64,000 nt of DNA. It comes from an uncultured Planctomycetota bacterium (GTDB lineage Bacteria; Planctomycetota; Planctomycetia; Isosphaerales; Isosphaeraceae). This document shows, in pieces, positions 46,924-58,498 of this stretch. Position 1 is the first letter of the stretch. The number at the start of each line of letters is the position of its first letter. Under the pieces are notes generated by a model. That model had not been told where the DNA came from and made no database searches. It was given only the letters and a program-made list of their open reading frames with translations. The translations under genes and the position numbers were made by a program. The stretch lies in contig CAWJTV010000031.1 of assembly GCA_963845755.1 (NCBI GenBank), forward strand, positions 256,001-320,000. The letters are read 5' to 3'.

Positions 46924-48362
46924 TGCCCACCTCTCTCGGCTGTCGGACCGGAAGCGTAACCATGAACGACGAGCCCTTTCCCGGTGTACTACGCGCCGTG
47001 ATCGTGCCGCCGTGCCGCTCGGCAATCTTTCGGCAGACCGCCAGGCCGACGCCTGTCCCTTCGTATTCGGTGCGGCCGTGCAGCCGCTGGAAGATCGTGA
47101 AAATCCGATCGACATAAACTTCTTCGAATCCGATGCCATTGTCTTCGACCAGGATCTGGCAGACGTCGCGAGACTGGCCCACGACAGGCTTGCTGGAGAC
47201 CTGCACGACCGGCGGCACCTCAGGGCGGTGGTACTTCAGGGCGTTTCCGATCAAGTTCTGCATGAGCTGTCGCATTTGCAGGGGGTCGGCGTCGACGGTG
47301 GGCAGGTTGCCCAGTTCAACGCGGCCGCCCACCTGCTCGATGCGCACCTCCAGGTCACAGATCACGTCGCGCGGCCCCGTTCAGATCGGTGGGGACGAAG
47401 GGCTGCGCCTTGGTCGAGACCCGGGAAAACGTGAGCAGATCATTGATCAACGTCTGCATTCGTTTCCCCGCGTTCTGGATCCTGTCGAGGTAGTCGCGAC
47501 CGGCGTCGTCGAGCGCCGCACCACACTTGCTTCGAAGCCTGTCACTAAATGCCTGGACCTTCCGCAAAGGCTCTTGCAAGTCGTGCGAAGCGACCGAGGC
47601 GAAGTCTTGGAGCTCTTGGTTGCTCCGCTCCAGCCGTGCGGCATAGGTCTTCAGTTCCTCATTGGAGCGTCTCGCGTCGCCCACGAAACCTTCGATCCTA
47701 TGCATTGCCGGTCCGATCACATAGATCCCCTCCAACAGCAGGATCATCAGCACGGTCAAGAACCAGGCGTACTCGATCGACTCGAGTCGGTCAACGTGAA
47801 TGGCGCTTTCTTTTTCGATCTCGAGCACGGATTCGCCGACGGCGCGGCGATCGGCGGCTTCCTCGTTAATCAGGGTTTGAATCAGTGCGCTCGTTTCGGC
47901 GGCAGGGGGCGTCGAGCTCTCGGAGCCGAACCTGTTGACCAGTGAAGCCGCGGCGGCGAGCGCCTCGACGCGGTGAGTCGAGGCCGGGAGCGACGATCGG
48001 CGCTCCGCCGTCGCTTTCGCGCTCGCCTGGCCTGGCCCGGCTCTCACTTCCTCGCTCCCGGCAGAGGCTCTGCGTTTCCTCGAAATCCGCTCAATCAGCG
48101 TTTCGATGTTCTGGCGGCGGGCCGCGGCCTCTGGGCTGGCCAGAACGGACAGGACCGACTCGCAAAGCGACGAATCATGCCCTTCGTTCCGGGCGGCCTG
48201 CGCCATCGATTGCATCGCGTTTCGCCGCCAGGCCAGGTCTCTTAGCAGATTGACCTCGGCCAGAGCCAGAACGATCGCGATGGAGCAGTGCGAGACGAAA
48301 TAAAGCATCCGGAGTCGGTACGCGGGGGAAGCTTTCTCGGCTTCCCGAGAACGGCTCTTCAT
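46904..48362 (-). CDS. Membrane sensor histidine kinase; frameshift ~47375
   Basis: Two TMs; LERSNQELQDFASVASHDLQEPLRKV; NLIGNALKY, DNGIGF, GTGVGLA. Confidence 0.9.
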
Positions 48363-48684
48363 TCTGCATCCAACCAGTAACAGGAGTGACTCGATCCACG
48401 CCGCTCCTAACGCGGGAAGCCCGATCACGACACGACCGAGCCGGATCCGATTGTTAGAACTGTAGATCACGTTTATTGAAGTCACCGTGCACGTTGTCTG
48501 GATTCGACTGCGGTCGTCGTACTCCGTTCGAACTCCGTAAACACGACTGGTTCCATAGCCAACGCGCACCTTCGCTACTTCGCGCCAAAGTCCGACGGAT
48601 GGTGAATTCGCAGACGATCTCAGCTCACCATTGGGTGAAATGGTACTGCCGCATCGAGGCGACCACGAACCCAGCCATCGCTCC

Positions 48685-49030
48685 TAACGCGGCCTTCGGC
48701 CGCACCTAAGAGAGGGATTCCGGATTCGAGATTCCGGATTCCGGATGAAGAAGGATTCAGGAATCTGGAGTCTGAAATCCGGAATCCGGAATCTCGAATC
48801 CGGAATCTCGAATCCGGAATCCGGAATCACGGATCCCCCAGATGCGCGCACGGCGCAGGGAGCCTACGGAGGACGACTCTAACGCGGCCTTCGGCCGCAA
48901 CTCAATCGGGATTCCCGATTCGAGATTCCGGATTCCCGAAGGGGAATGATTCGGGAATCCGGAATCTCGAATCCGGAATTCGGAATCCTCAGATGCGCGC
49001 ACGGCGCAGGGATCCTATGGAGGAAGCCTC
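48685..49030 (+). repeat. Head-to-tail doublet of the composite palindromic element (48685-48879 and 48880-49030)
   Basis: Each copy: TAACGCGGCCTTCGGCCGC, inverted heptamer array, CAGATGCGCGCACGGCGCAGGGA...GGAGGA..(G)ACTC/GCCTC; followed by TAAC. Confidence 0.9.
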
Positions 49031-49033
49031 TAA

Positions 49034-49212
49034 CCGACGAACCAACCGGCAAGAACGACAAGAACAGCCGGGACGAGATCCTCCAACTGCGCGATCCGGT
49101 CCACGGACGGCGACAGCTCACGATGGTGATCGTGACGCACAGCCATGAGATCGCGCAGGCCGCGGATCGCCGGATCGCCATGATTGATGGGCGGATCGTG
49201 CCGTCGGAATAG
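49034..49212 (+). pseudogene. Fragment duplicating the 3' end of the ABC ATPase gene
   Basis: DEPTG...LTMVIVTHSHEIAQAADRRIAMIDGRIV; 49034-49201 is colinear with 43998-44165. Confidence 0.85.
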
Positions 49213-49264
49213 GCGGTGGAGAGGCGTGGTTCGTGGTTCCCGCCAGGCTCCGCCTGCGAGCACG

Positions 49265-51532
49265 TCATTTCGGCTTCGACGCGACGGGATCCCGCTCCAC
49301 CGTCAAGGCGATCAGATACGGATCGCACGCCGACTCCGACGAGACCATGTCGATCGTGGAAATCTCCTTGTCCGGATGCGGGTTCGTCCAGGTGAAGGCG
49401 AACAGGTGAATCTCCAGGCCCGCTTCGTGCCGGTCGTCAATCATCTCATTGCTCCCCGTCCAAGCAATCCGGGCATCGGACGGGTCGTTGTTCTGACCTC
49501 CGAAATGCCACCAATCGACGAGGTTCTTACCGTAGACGATCGGCACCGTCTCATGGAAACCGTTGACATAGCGAACGACGTAATAGCCAACCTCGGTGCC
49601 GGCCTCGGCCTGCTGCTGACAGGCGTGCAAGATGTGCAGCCGCTTCCCCCGGGCGGCGACCTTGATCCCCGCGATGGATACCGGCTTGTCGGCCGAGGCC
49701 TGGCCTTTGACATGCACCATCTTCTCGCCGATCCGGAAGTACGCATCGCCCAGCTTGTGCAGACCGCGCGGCACGCGATTGAGGTGATTGCTGTCGCCGA
49801 GGCCACCGGGGCCATCGCCGAGGAAGTTATTCGCGTAGGCTGTCAGATCGACGAACGTCAATCGCTCGCGGAGAGCCGCTGGGATGGGCTCATCCTCCAC
49901 GCGGGCGGCCGAGTTCCTGGCTTTCTCGTCGGGCTGGGGGCGATACGTCAGCGTGACTTCGTCGCGATCGGCGGGAATCATCTCCTTCTGGACCTCCTCG
50001 CCCGTCCGGCCGATCGAGATGGGACCTCGGTGACGGAGGAGACCTCCCAGGACGAACCTGCCCTCTCGGTCGGTGACCGCTACCTCCAGTGCGTCGGGGC
50101 CGGCGCCGGGCTGACGAAGCTCCTGGCCGGCCGTAACTCGGACGACGGGCAGTGGACGGCCCTGGGAATCGTTCACGCGGCCCGTCACCGTGCGTGGCTT
50201 CGCGTCCGCGGCCTGGATCCGCTCCGCGACTTTGAAGATCGTGTTGACGATCGAGACGCCACCGGCTGGCGCATCGACGTCCGCGTCTTCTGGCTGCTCG
50301 GCGGTTGTCGGGAAGTCGCTCGATCCCTTGGGATTCAAGAGGAGGATCGGCATGACCTCCGCCTGGTCGGTAACCACGACCACGTGCCGACTCATCGAGC
50401 GGGACGACAGGTCATCGATCAGATAGACGAACTGTTCGCCGGGCGGTACCGGGAACAGGAATCGCCCCTGTTCGTCGGTCTTGGTCCCCAGGATGGCGGC
50501 TCCCGATCGGGGTACGGACGGTCCCTGACAACCGACCTGGGCGCCCGCCATGGGCCGATCGGTTTCGCGGTCGATGACGACCCCTCTCAGCGGCTTGCCT
50601 TCGATCACCGACAGGTCGGCGGTTGCCTCCTCGCCCTCCCGGATGCGGACGGCTTCCACGGCCCGCGCCGTGGCCCGTTCCCGGCCGGGGACCTCGAGGA
50701 GCAAGACGTTGTAAACCCCCGGCTCCAGTCCATCGATGGCGAACCCACCTCGATCGTCGGTCACGGCCTGGCCCCAGCCATCGGTCAGGTGCCGGACGAG
50801 ACGCTCGATGAGCTGGGCGGCGACCGCGGCACCGGCCAGGGGCTTTCCAGTCGCCGCGTCGGTCAGACGACCACGAAGGACTCCGGTCGGCTCCAGGATC
50901 GCGGGGCCGAGGGTCCGTGCATTCGTCGCAACCTCGATGGGCGGACTGATGGACCGAGTGTGCAGGACTCTCAGGCGAGCGCGGGCATTCTGGGGCAGCG
51001 TTACGGTGAACTTCCCCGCTTGGTCCGTCACGCCGAAGCCCAGCAGCGGGTCCTTGCCCCAGAGGTCCTGGTCCAAGGTCTGGTTCGTCGGATGGGAGAG
51101 CATCTCCACTCCAACTCGAGCCCCGGCGACCGGTTTGCCCTCTCGGTTCACGACCGAGCCCTCGACGCGGTGATTCAAGGGAAGCAGCATCATCCAGGAC
51201 CTCCGAGCCCCCGCCCCGGCCTGGGACTGGTCACCCAACTTCGTCCAGGCCACGGCTTCCCGGCCACGGACAGCAGTCAAGACGGCTCCCTCGACGGCGA
51301 CGTCGCTGGGGATCGACACCGTTCCGTTCGCCCCGGTCGCGAACGAGTGGCGCGGCGAGTCCGGCGCCCGGACCTCAACTGTGATGTTCGGCACGTCCCT
51401 CCGCTGCGTGTCAACCACGAGGACGCGGAGCGGGCGGTTGTCTTCAAGTGCCGCTCCGGCATCGCACACCCATGCAACCGCGATGATTCCGGCCATCGCG
51501 AGCGTCAACAGGATCGGCCGTCCCCTGGTCAT
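49265..51532 (-). CDS. Secreted protein with carboxypeptidase-regulatory-like repeats and a C-terminal beta-rich (carbohydrate-binding-like) domain
   Basis: Signal peptide; repeated G.V.D..GKP..GA.V and TD..G.F; tail WTNPHPDKEISTID. Confidence 0.8.
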   Translation of the reverse strand: MTRGRPILLTLAMAGIIAVAWVCDAGAALEDNRPLRVLVVDTQRRDVPNITVEVRAPDSPRHSFATGANGTVSIPSDVAVEGAVLTAVRGREAVAWTKLGDQSQAGAGARRSWMMLLPLNHRVEGSVVNREGKPVAGARVGVEMLSHPTNQTLDQDLWGKDPLLGFGVTDQAGKFTVTLPQNARARLRVLHTRSISPPIEVATNARTLGPAILEPTGVLRGRLTDAATGKPLAGAAVAAQLIERLVRHLTDGWGQAVTDDRGGFAIDGLEPGVYNVLLLEVPGRERATARAVEAVRIREGEEATADLSVIEGKPLRGVVIDRETDRPMAGAQVGCQGPSVPRSGAAILGTKTDEQGRFLFPVPPGEQFVYLIDDLSSRSMSRHVVVVTDQAEVMPILLLNPKGSSDFPTTAEQPEDADVDAPAGGVSIVNTIFKVAERIQAADAKPRTVTGRVNDSQGRPLPVVRVTAGQELRQPGAGPDALEVAVTDREGRFVLGGLLRHRGPISIGRTGEEVQKEMIPADRDEVTLTYRPQPDEKARNSAARVEDEPIPAALRERLTFVDLTAYANNFLGDGPGGLGDSNHLNRVPRGLHKLGDAYFRIGEKMVHVKGQASADKPVSIAGIKVAARGKRLHILHACQQQAEAGTEVGYYVVRYVNGFHETVPIVYGKNLVDWWHFGGQNNDPSDARIAWTGSNEMIDDRHEAGLEIHLFAFTWTNPHPDKEISTIDMVSSESACDPYLIALTVERDPVASKPK

Positions 51533-51782
51533 GAGATGTCTCCTCGGCTCGACATCGGCCAGATTCGCGAGGCTCGTGTGGGACCACTCTGGCGATCGAT
51601 GGCCCTGCACTCATCATAATGATTGATCCAGGGGAATTCCCAGAGATCGGCGAGCGATCGATGGCGACGGTAACCGTTGTGGAAAGCCGGAAGAGCGGCG
51701 GCCAGGGTCTTGGCATCCCACCCCGCGACTGGCACACTACCAGGTCGGACCACGCACCGATTTCCCACGGGAGACCCTGACG

Positions 51783-52904
51783 ATGAACCGAGGCATGAGG
51801 GAGTTGACCATTGCGGTCCTGGCCCTGATTACCATCACCGGCACGGCGGTCGCGGATCCGCCTGGTTTGAAGCACCTGTCGATCGGCGCCGTCGCACCCG
51901 ACTTCCAATTGCCGGGCGTCAACGGCAAGACCTACAGCCTCAAGGATTTCTCCGCGGCCAAGGTCCTGGTCGTGATCTTCACCTGCAATCACTGTCCGAC
52001 GGCCCAGGCTTACGAAGGCCGGATCGCCCGGATGTACGCCGATTACCGCGACAAGGGCGTCGCCCTCGTGGCCATCTCGCCCAACAATCCCGCCGCGGTC
52101 CGCCTCGACGAGCTGGGCTTCACGGACCTTGGCGACTCATTCGAGGACATGAAGATTCGGGCCAAGGATCATCAATACCCTTACCCGTACCTCTACGACG
52201 GCGAGACGCAGGCGACCGCCCAGGCTTACGGCGTCCTGGCCACACCGCACGTCTACGTCTTCGACGCCGAGCGCAAGCTCCAGTACGTCGGCCGATTCGA
52301 CGACTCCGAGGTGAAGACCGTGAAGTCGCACGACGCGAAGAACGCGGTCGAGGCCCTCCTGGCGGGCAAGCCAGTACCAGTCGCCACTACGCTCATCTTC
52401 GGCTGTTCCACCAAGTGGGCCGAGAAGCAGGAGGATGCCCGGAAGTCGCTCGCCCGGTGGGATGCCGAACCCGTCAAACTCGACGCCATCGATAATGACG
52501 CCATCGCCAACCTCGCCGGGAACGACACCCAGAAGTTGCTGGTCGTGAATCTCTGGGCAACCTGGTGCGGTCCCTGCGTCGCGGAGCTTCCCGACCTGGT
52601 CACGATGCACCGGATGTACCGCCGCCGCAAGTTCCAGCTCGTCACGATCAGCATGGATGACCTGACGAAGAAGGAAGACGCGCTGAAGGTCCTCAAGGAT
52701 AACCACGCATCGACGACCAATTATATCCTGACCTCGACCGACCGCGACGCATTCGCCCAGGCGCTCGATCGGCAGTGGCCCGGCCCGGTCCCGTATACGA
52801 TGGTCATCGCGCCGGGCGGGAAGGTCCTCTATCGCAAGACCGGCCCGATCGACCCGCTCGAGCTGAAGCGGGCCATCGTGGGATACCTCGGGCGGACGTC
52901 CTGA
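51783..52904 (+). CDS. Secreted tandem thioredoxin-fold redoxin (AhpC/TSA-like + TlpA-like)
   Basis: APDFQLPG, FTCNHCP, NLWATWCGPC. Confidence 0.9.
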   Translation: MNRGMRELTIAVLALITITGTAVADPPGLKHLSIGAVAPDFQLPGVNGKTYSLKDFSAAKVLVVIFTCNHCPTAQAYEGRIARMYADYRDKGVALVAISPNNPAAVRLDELGFTDLGDSFEDMKIRAKDHQYPYPYLYDGETQATAQAYGVLATPHVYVFDAERKLQYVGRFDDSEVKTVKSHDAKNAVEALLAGKPVPVATTLIFGCSTKWAEKQEDARKSLARWDAEPVKLDAIDNDAIANLAGNDTQKLLVVNLWATWCGPCVAELPDLVTMHRMYRRRKFQLVTISMDDLTKKEDALKVLKDNHASTTNYILTSTDRDAFAQALDRQWPGPVPYTMVIAPGGKVLYRKTGPIDPLELKRAIVGYLGRTS

Positions 52905-52932
52905 GAAACGGTCCGAGAAGCGGATCCGGGGT

Positions 52933-52996
52933 TTGTAGGGTGGGTGAAACCCACCAGAATCGGGACACTTCCTGGTGGGTTTCACCCACCCTACAA
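52933..52996. repeat. GTAG-type REP doublet (perfect 25-bp inverted arms) between convergent genes
   Basis: ttGTAGGGTGGGTGAAACCCACCag ... ctGGTGGGTTTCACCCACCCTACaa. Confidence 0.88.
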
Positions 52997-53093
52997 GATT
53001 CTCGGATAGATTCTAAGAAGCGCGAGTCCCGGTTTCGGGACGCGAGGACTTCAGGTCCCTCGCCCCCGGCGGGGGAAGGAAAGCCGAACAGGT

Positions 53094-54884
53094 TCAGGAG
53101 CCTCCGCTCGCCGACCGCCCCTCCGCGGGTCCGGGTCCGGAGTCCTCGGCAAGATATCGCTCGAGGGGCGGTCGCCGCAAGTGGTCGCCATTGACCTGTT
53201 GCATGGCGTGGGCGACGGCCAGGAGGGTCGATTCGTCGAATAACCGCCCGGTGAGGGTGACCGAGCCGGGCCTCGTGCGTCCGTTGCGGTCGCGGAAGCC
53301 GATCGGGAAGACGACGGACGGATGGCCGGTCAGGTTGGTGATCGGCAGATCCGTTCCGGATGCGACGTATAAGTTCACCTTCGCCATTCGCTCGGCCATG
53401 GCCTGCATGAGCTTGGTCCGCACGCGGGCGGCCCGCAGATACTCGACGGCCGGCACGAACTGACCCTGGCGGAAGGTGGCCGGCCAGGAGTTGAGCCCTT
53501 CGGTGATATGCTTGCGCGTGAGCTCGTCAAAGACGGCGGCGGCCTCGGTCCCGAGCATCATGGTGATGGCGCGCACCGGGAGGTTGTCGGGGAGCGTCAT
53601 CGGGACCAGCTCGAATCCCAGCCCTCGGAGGATCCTCAGCTCCTCCCGTTCGTCGAACAGGCTGGTTCGGAGCCTCGATGTAGCCGATCTTCAGGGCACT
53701 GTAATCGACCTTTGGGGGCCAGTCGAAGGGCTGATCCACGGCCGCCCAGTCGCGGCCGTCGGCGCCGTGGATGGCGTCGAACACGAGCGCCAATCTTGCA
53801 CGGAACGCGTGATCGGCCCGAGCTTGTCCATGGTCCACGAAAGCGTCATGCAGCCGTGTCGGCTGACGCGTCCGAAGGTCGGGCGCAGGCCCGTCGCCCC
53901 GCAGGCGCGGCGGGGGAGACGATGCTGCCGAGCGTCTCGCTGCCGATCGCGAAGCCGACCAGCCCGGCGGCGGCGGCCGAAGCCGAGCCCGCCGACGAGC
54001 CGCTCGAGCCGGTCCGCGGGTCCCACGGGCTGCGCAGTCCGGCCGCCAAACCACTGGTCGCCCATCGCCAGTGCACCGAGCGAGAGCTTCGCCAGCATCA
54101 CGGCGCCGGCCTCTTCCAATCGGGCCGCCACGCTCGCCTTGACGTCGATCACGCGGTCCTTGAACGGCGTCGCGCCCCAGGTTGTCGGATAACCCGGATA
54201 GGCGATCAGGTCCTTGGCACCCCAGGGGATCCCGTGCAGCGGGCCGCGGTACTTCCCCGCCGCAATGTCTCGATCGGCCTGCGCGGCTTGCTTGAGTGCC
54301 AGTTCCTCGGTGAAGGTCACGACGCACTTCAAGAGCGGGTCGAACTTCTTGAGTCGCGCGAGATACAGTCGGGTCAGCTCGGTCGAGGTGACCTGCCGAC
54401 TGCGCAGCAGAGCCGAAAGCTCGGCCACCGTCAGGAAGGCGAGCTCCTCATCCGAGCCGGGCCTGCGCGGCGTCGGGCCCTCGACCGGCGTCGCCCGATT
54501 CCGCTGGATCGCAGCCGCAGGGCCGGGCGGAGTGGGAAAGAACGTCAGGGCGGGCGGCACGTCGTAGCCCACGTCGACCGCGCGCAGTTCGGCGAATTCA
54601 TGAAGACTCCGCTCGACCGAACGCGCCGTGCTCGTTCGTTCGTCCTTGGTGAGATCAAGCCCGGCGATCCACTCCGCCTGCTTGATCATGTCGGGCGTGA
54701 TCTGGCCGGCCTGAGCCGCCTGAGCCGCCATCGCCCGGCGGAACGCCACGCTGCCGATGCCCAGGCCCGCCAGCCCTTTCAAGACGGCCCGACGACGGAG
54801 TCCGATGGCTTCGCCATTCTCAGGTGCGGGCTGGTCGGTCAGCTCGGATGGCTCATCAACCCCGTCGGCCCAGGTTTCGATCAT
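53094..54884 (-). CDS. Amidase-signature family protein with Tat-like N-terminus; several frameshifts at 53690-54040
   Basis: RRRAVLKG; GPLHGIPWGAKDL; GSSGSSAGSAS; GSETLGSIVSP; TNLTGHP. Confidence 0.88.
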
Positions 54885-55008
54885 CGCTGCAAGCCCTCGA
54901 CTCGGTGACGTCGCTCCCCGGGGCTATTGTGGCCGTGTCGGGCTTTGCACTCAAGAAGGACGAGGAATCGTGCGGATCCTCGACTCGCCCACTGGTGGGA
55001 CGTCGAAA

Positions 55009-55712
55009 CTATCGAGGAGTATCGTCCGGGGGGTTTTCTGCGGGCTCGGATACGACGGTCGGGGACGCCGGGGAATTGACATTCCGAGCGGGATAACCAA
55101 AGCCACCTAGCGAGCTGATCACCAGGAAGAGCCACAAGACGATCACGGCAAGTCCGGACACGATCCAGAACACTCCCAGGGCCCGGCCCAGTCGATCAAC
55201 CCAGCTCGGCTCGGCGCACCACCGCCTAACGACGAGCAAGGTCATCCACGACACCGAGACGGCGAGACCGATCGAGGTGGGTACAAACGGTGCACTATAC
55301 CCAAGCACAAGATCCCATGTGCTATCCCAGCCGATGACCGTCAGCCCGGCCACGAACTGCAATCCAATGAACGCGATCGCCATCATCGTCGCGCACGCGG
55401 CCATTATGCCCGGCTGACGCGCCAGCCGGCGGAATGGCGGTCGTGGGCCGACCAGGCGAATCGGGATCAATGCCAGAGTCCAGATTAGGACGGGCGGCAT
55501 CGTGAGGCAGGCAACCAGGATCGCCCTTTCTTCCAGGACATCCCAGCCCGTCAGGCTCGATTGATAGGGAGGATTCCAGATTTCGGGTAAGGTCTCCCAG
55601 GATAAATCTCCAACCAACGCGTGGCAGACCGACTGCGAGAGTGCACAACCCGCCGCCGTGGCCGCGACCAGGATCATCGCGTCGAGCAGTCGGAACCGCC
55701 TTCGAGGCATCA
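55009..55712 (-). CDS. Planctomycete-type integral membrane protein
   Basis: RRFRLLDAMILVAATA N-terminal motif; several TMs; RQPG and EPSWVDRLGR. Confidence 0.7.
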
Positions 55713-56099
55713 CTGGCTTCACGATCGGCCGATCCGTACTCAACTCCCTCGCATTTCCCATCGGGCCCTCCGTTTTCGCACAAGCCTTCGATGTTCCTCA
55801 TTCCTCCCAAGCCCATCATCGGCGGTCAGTCCCAAGTCTTTGACCGATCCGTGTCAATCCCATTCGGGCCGGCGTTGAGACGGCCGTTCACTGTTGATCT
55901 TAACCGTTTCTGACGGTCTCCGTAAGGATTAGGGTTACTCATGGCCCTGGAGATGGCGCCGGGAACATTTGCCATGCTCTTTTTTCGAAGACACGTCGTA
56001 ATAGGGGATGGTGTCCCGCGGCGCAAGCCACTCGGACGGGGGCACCGGCTCCGGAGAAGAACCGGGGACAACAGGACACCGAGTGAGGAGGACACAACC

Positions 56100-56444
56100 A
56101 TGAAGGTGATCGCTCGATCGATGCTCGTGGCCGGGGTGATCGGAGTTGGTGTGCTGGCACTGGGGACGACGGAAGCCCGTGCCCAGGGGTTCGGGTTCAA
56201 TTACGCGAGCCCCGGCATGTCGTTCGGGTTCGGGACTGGGGGCTATGGCGGGTATTACGGGGGCTATGGCGGCTACCCTTACGGCGGCGCCTACGGACCC
56301 TATCCGTACGTGGCCGGACCGGTCCTCGTGCCGGGGCCGATGGTTGTACCACGGCGGGTGATCGTGCCGGGTCCCGTCGTGGTGCCTCGTGGTTATTACC
56401 ATGGCGGTGGCCGGTTCCGCGGATACCCGTATTATCGCCGTTGA
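56100..56444 (+). CDS. Small secreted Gly/Tyr/Pro-rich protein
   Basis: GAGGAGG RBS; signal peptide ending ARA; GGYY and VVP repeats. Confidence 0.75.
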   Translation: MKVIARSMLVAGVIGVGVLALGTTEARAQGFGFNYASPGMSFGFGTGGYGGYYGGYGGYPYGGAYGPYPYVAGPVLVPGPMVVPRRVIVPGPVVVPRGYYHGGGRFRGYPYYRR

Positions 56445-56707
56445 CTTAGCGACCGACCGCGCGGCCTTGCGGTCCGGTGACGCGATGAGTCGCTGCTCCT
56501 TGATGGTCCCGGACGCGACGAAGCCATGCAGGCCGTCGCGTCATCATTCGTTTTGTGGCGGTACCTCCTTCCCACGGACGGCAGCCGCGATCATAATCGG
56601 GAAAATGGAGTTTCCTGGAACCACGGTCTGGAGGCGTAGCCGCCTGCAGGCTGGAAGCGACTGTGAACGTCGTCATGAGCATGCAATACACCCACTCGAT
56701 CGGGTCA

Positions 56708-58260
56708 ATGAGTGTCCCGGAACCTCGGCTCGTTTTATGCCGAAAGGGGTGGAATGGTCCACAGGTCCTCGGGTTCGTGATCGGCCTGATCGCGATCCTC
56801 GTCAGCAATATTCCTGCGCGTAGCGATACCTCGGGGCCGGCCGCCCGGCCGATCGGGGCGCGGTCCCGGCGAGTCGAGGGGGTTTTCCTGCTGGGCCAGA
56901 TCGAGTTCAACGCGCCTGCGCAACTCGTTTCTGGCGAAACTCAAGGCGAACGAGGGATTCATCCTGTTCGCCGTCGCGGCGCTGGCGGCCATCGTCCATC
57001 GCCGGAGAACGGGAGGGCTGCGAGAACAGAAGCGCGAGCTGATCGCCGCGGTCGAGCGGAGCGCGACCGCGGCCCGCGCGGCCCAACAGGCCAATCAAGC
57101 GAAGGACCGCATTCTCGCGGTCCTGAGCCACGAACTGCGCACTCCGCTGACGCCTGTCCTCCTCTCGATCCGCTCACTCCTCCAGGAACCGGAAATGCCG
57201 ACGGAGGTGCGCGAGCACCTCGAGATGATTCGGCGTAACATCGAGCTCGAGGCCCAACTGCTCGACAACCTCTTCGACGTCTCGCGCATCGAGCGCGGTG
57301 TGCTGCGTCTGAATTGGGAATGCGTCGACATCCACGAGATCATCCAGCACGCTCTGGAGATCTGTTCCGCCTCGGTGTTCGAAGCGGGCCTGGAAGTCGT
57401 CGAAGACTACGGAGCCCAGGATCATCACGTTCAGGGCGATTCCGCGCGGCTGACTCAGCTCGTCTGGAACCTGGTCCGCAACGCGACCCGGTTCGCACCG
57501 ACTGGCTCGACGCTCAAGATCCGCTCATTCAACCTTGAGGACGGATCGGCTCGATCGAGAGCTGGCGCCGGCCTCCTGATCGTCGAGTTCCAGGACACGG
57601 GCATCGGCATCGCACCGGAGTATCTCGAGCGGATCTTCGACCCGTTCCAGCAAGGGAGCGAAGCGCAACGGGGTCGGGAGAAAGGGTTGGGACTGGGACT
57701 GGCGATCAGCCGTGAGGTGGCCGAACTGCATGGAGGCCGGTTGACGGCCGCCAGTCCAGGCCCGGGCCAGGGTGCGACCTTCCGCCTGGAATTGTCGACG
57801 ACCGCGCCACGGCAACGGGCGTCGCAACCGATCCCGCTTGTCGAGTACGGCTCGGCTCCCCGTACGTCGGGCGTGCGGATCCTCCTGATGGAAGATAATT
57901 TCGACATACGCCGATACCTCGAGCTGACACTCCGCGGCCAGGGCTGGGAAGTCCAATCGGTGTCGAGCCTGGAGGCGGCCCGGCAAGCCGTGGCCGAGAC
58001 CGACTTCGACCTGCTCATCAGCGACATCGAGCTCCCGGACGGCTCCGGACTGGAACTGATGCGCAGCGTTGAACGCGCGCGGCGTCCCGGGAATCGCGCT
58101 GAGCGGCCACGGATCGGAGGACGACTTGCAGCAGAGTCGGTCGGCCGGTTTCTGCACCCACCTGGTCAAGCCGGTCCTCGCCGCCGCCCTGGGCGAAGCG
58201 ATCGCGCGCGCCTTGGCCAGCCCGGCGCGGGATGAACCCCGCACCACGATCCCCGCGTGA
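56708..58260 (+). CDS. Hybrid histidine kinase-receiver; start uncertain; frameshifts ~56910 and ~58070
   Basis: In frame upstream of ORF 57195: AKDRILAVLSHELRTPL; NLVRNA, DTGIGI, GLGLGL; REC (LLMED, ISDIELPDGSG, HLVKPV). Confidence 0.85.
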
Positions 58261-58313
58261 CTCCGCCGGCCACACCGCATGCGGTAAGGGCGTCGGGAAA
58301 GAATCGGGAAGAG

Positions 58314-58401
58314 GATTCAATATTCAAGGTTCAATGAATGGAAGGCAGGATTTCAACGGAACTTGCGGCCATCTTGAATCGTGAATCATGAATCTTGAAT
58401 C
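58314..58401. repeat. Inverted heptamer array (GATTCAA / TTGAATC type)
   Basis: gattcaatattcaaggttcaa ... ttgaatcgtgaatcatgaatcttgaatc. Confidence 0.65.
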
Positions 58402-58498
58402 ATTTTTCCCCAGCCTCTAACGGCCCTGCCGCCCCGTCCCACCCCGCAGAGGCTCCGAACCCTGGTTTGACCGCCCATTCGCGAAGGCAGCCCGACCC

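Noticed and set aside
48685..49030. CRISPR array or integron attC sites
   Set aside because: There are no constant repeats with unique spacers and no cas or intI genes. The TAAC ends do not form paired RYYYAAC/GTTRRRY boxes.
43998..49201. DGR template/variable repeat pair
   Set aside because: No reverse transcriptase is present, mismatches are not confined to adenines, and the target is an ABC ATPase tail.
49184..51619. Long antisense ORFs (e.g. 49184..51619 +, 31564..33420 -, 12828..14054 -)
   Set aside because: These are shadow ORFs of high-GC genes on the opposite strand, with no recognisable motifs.
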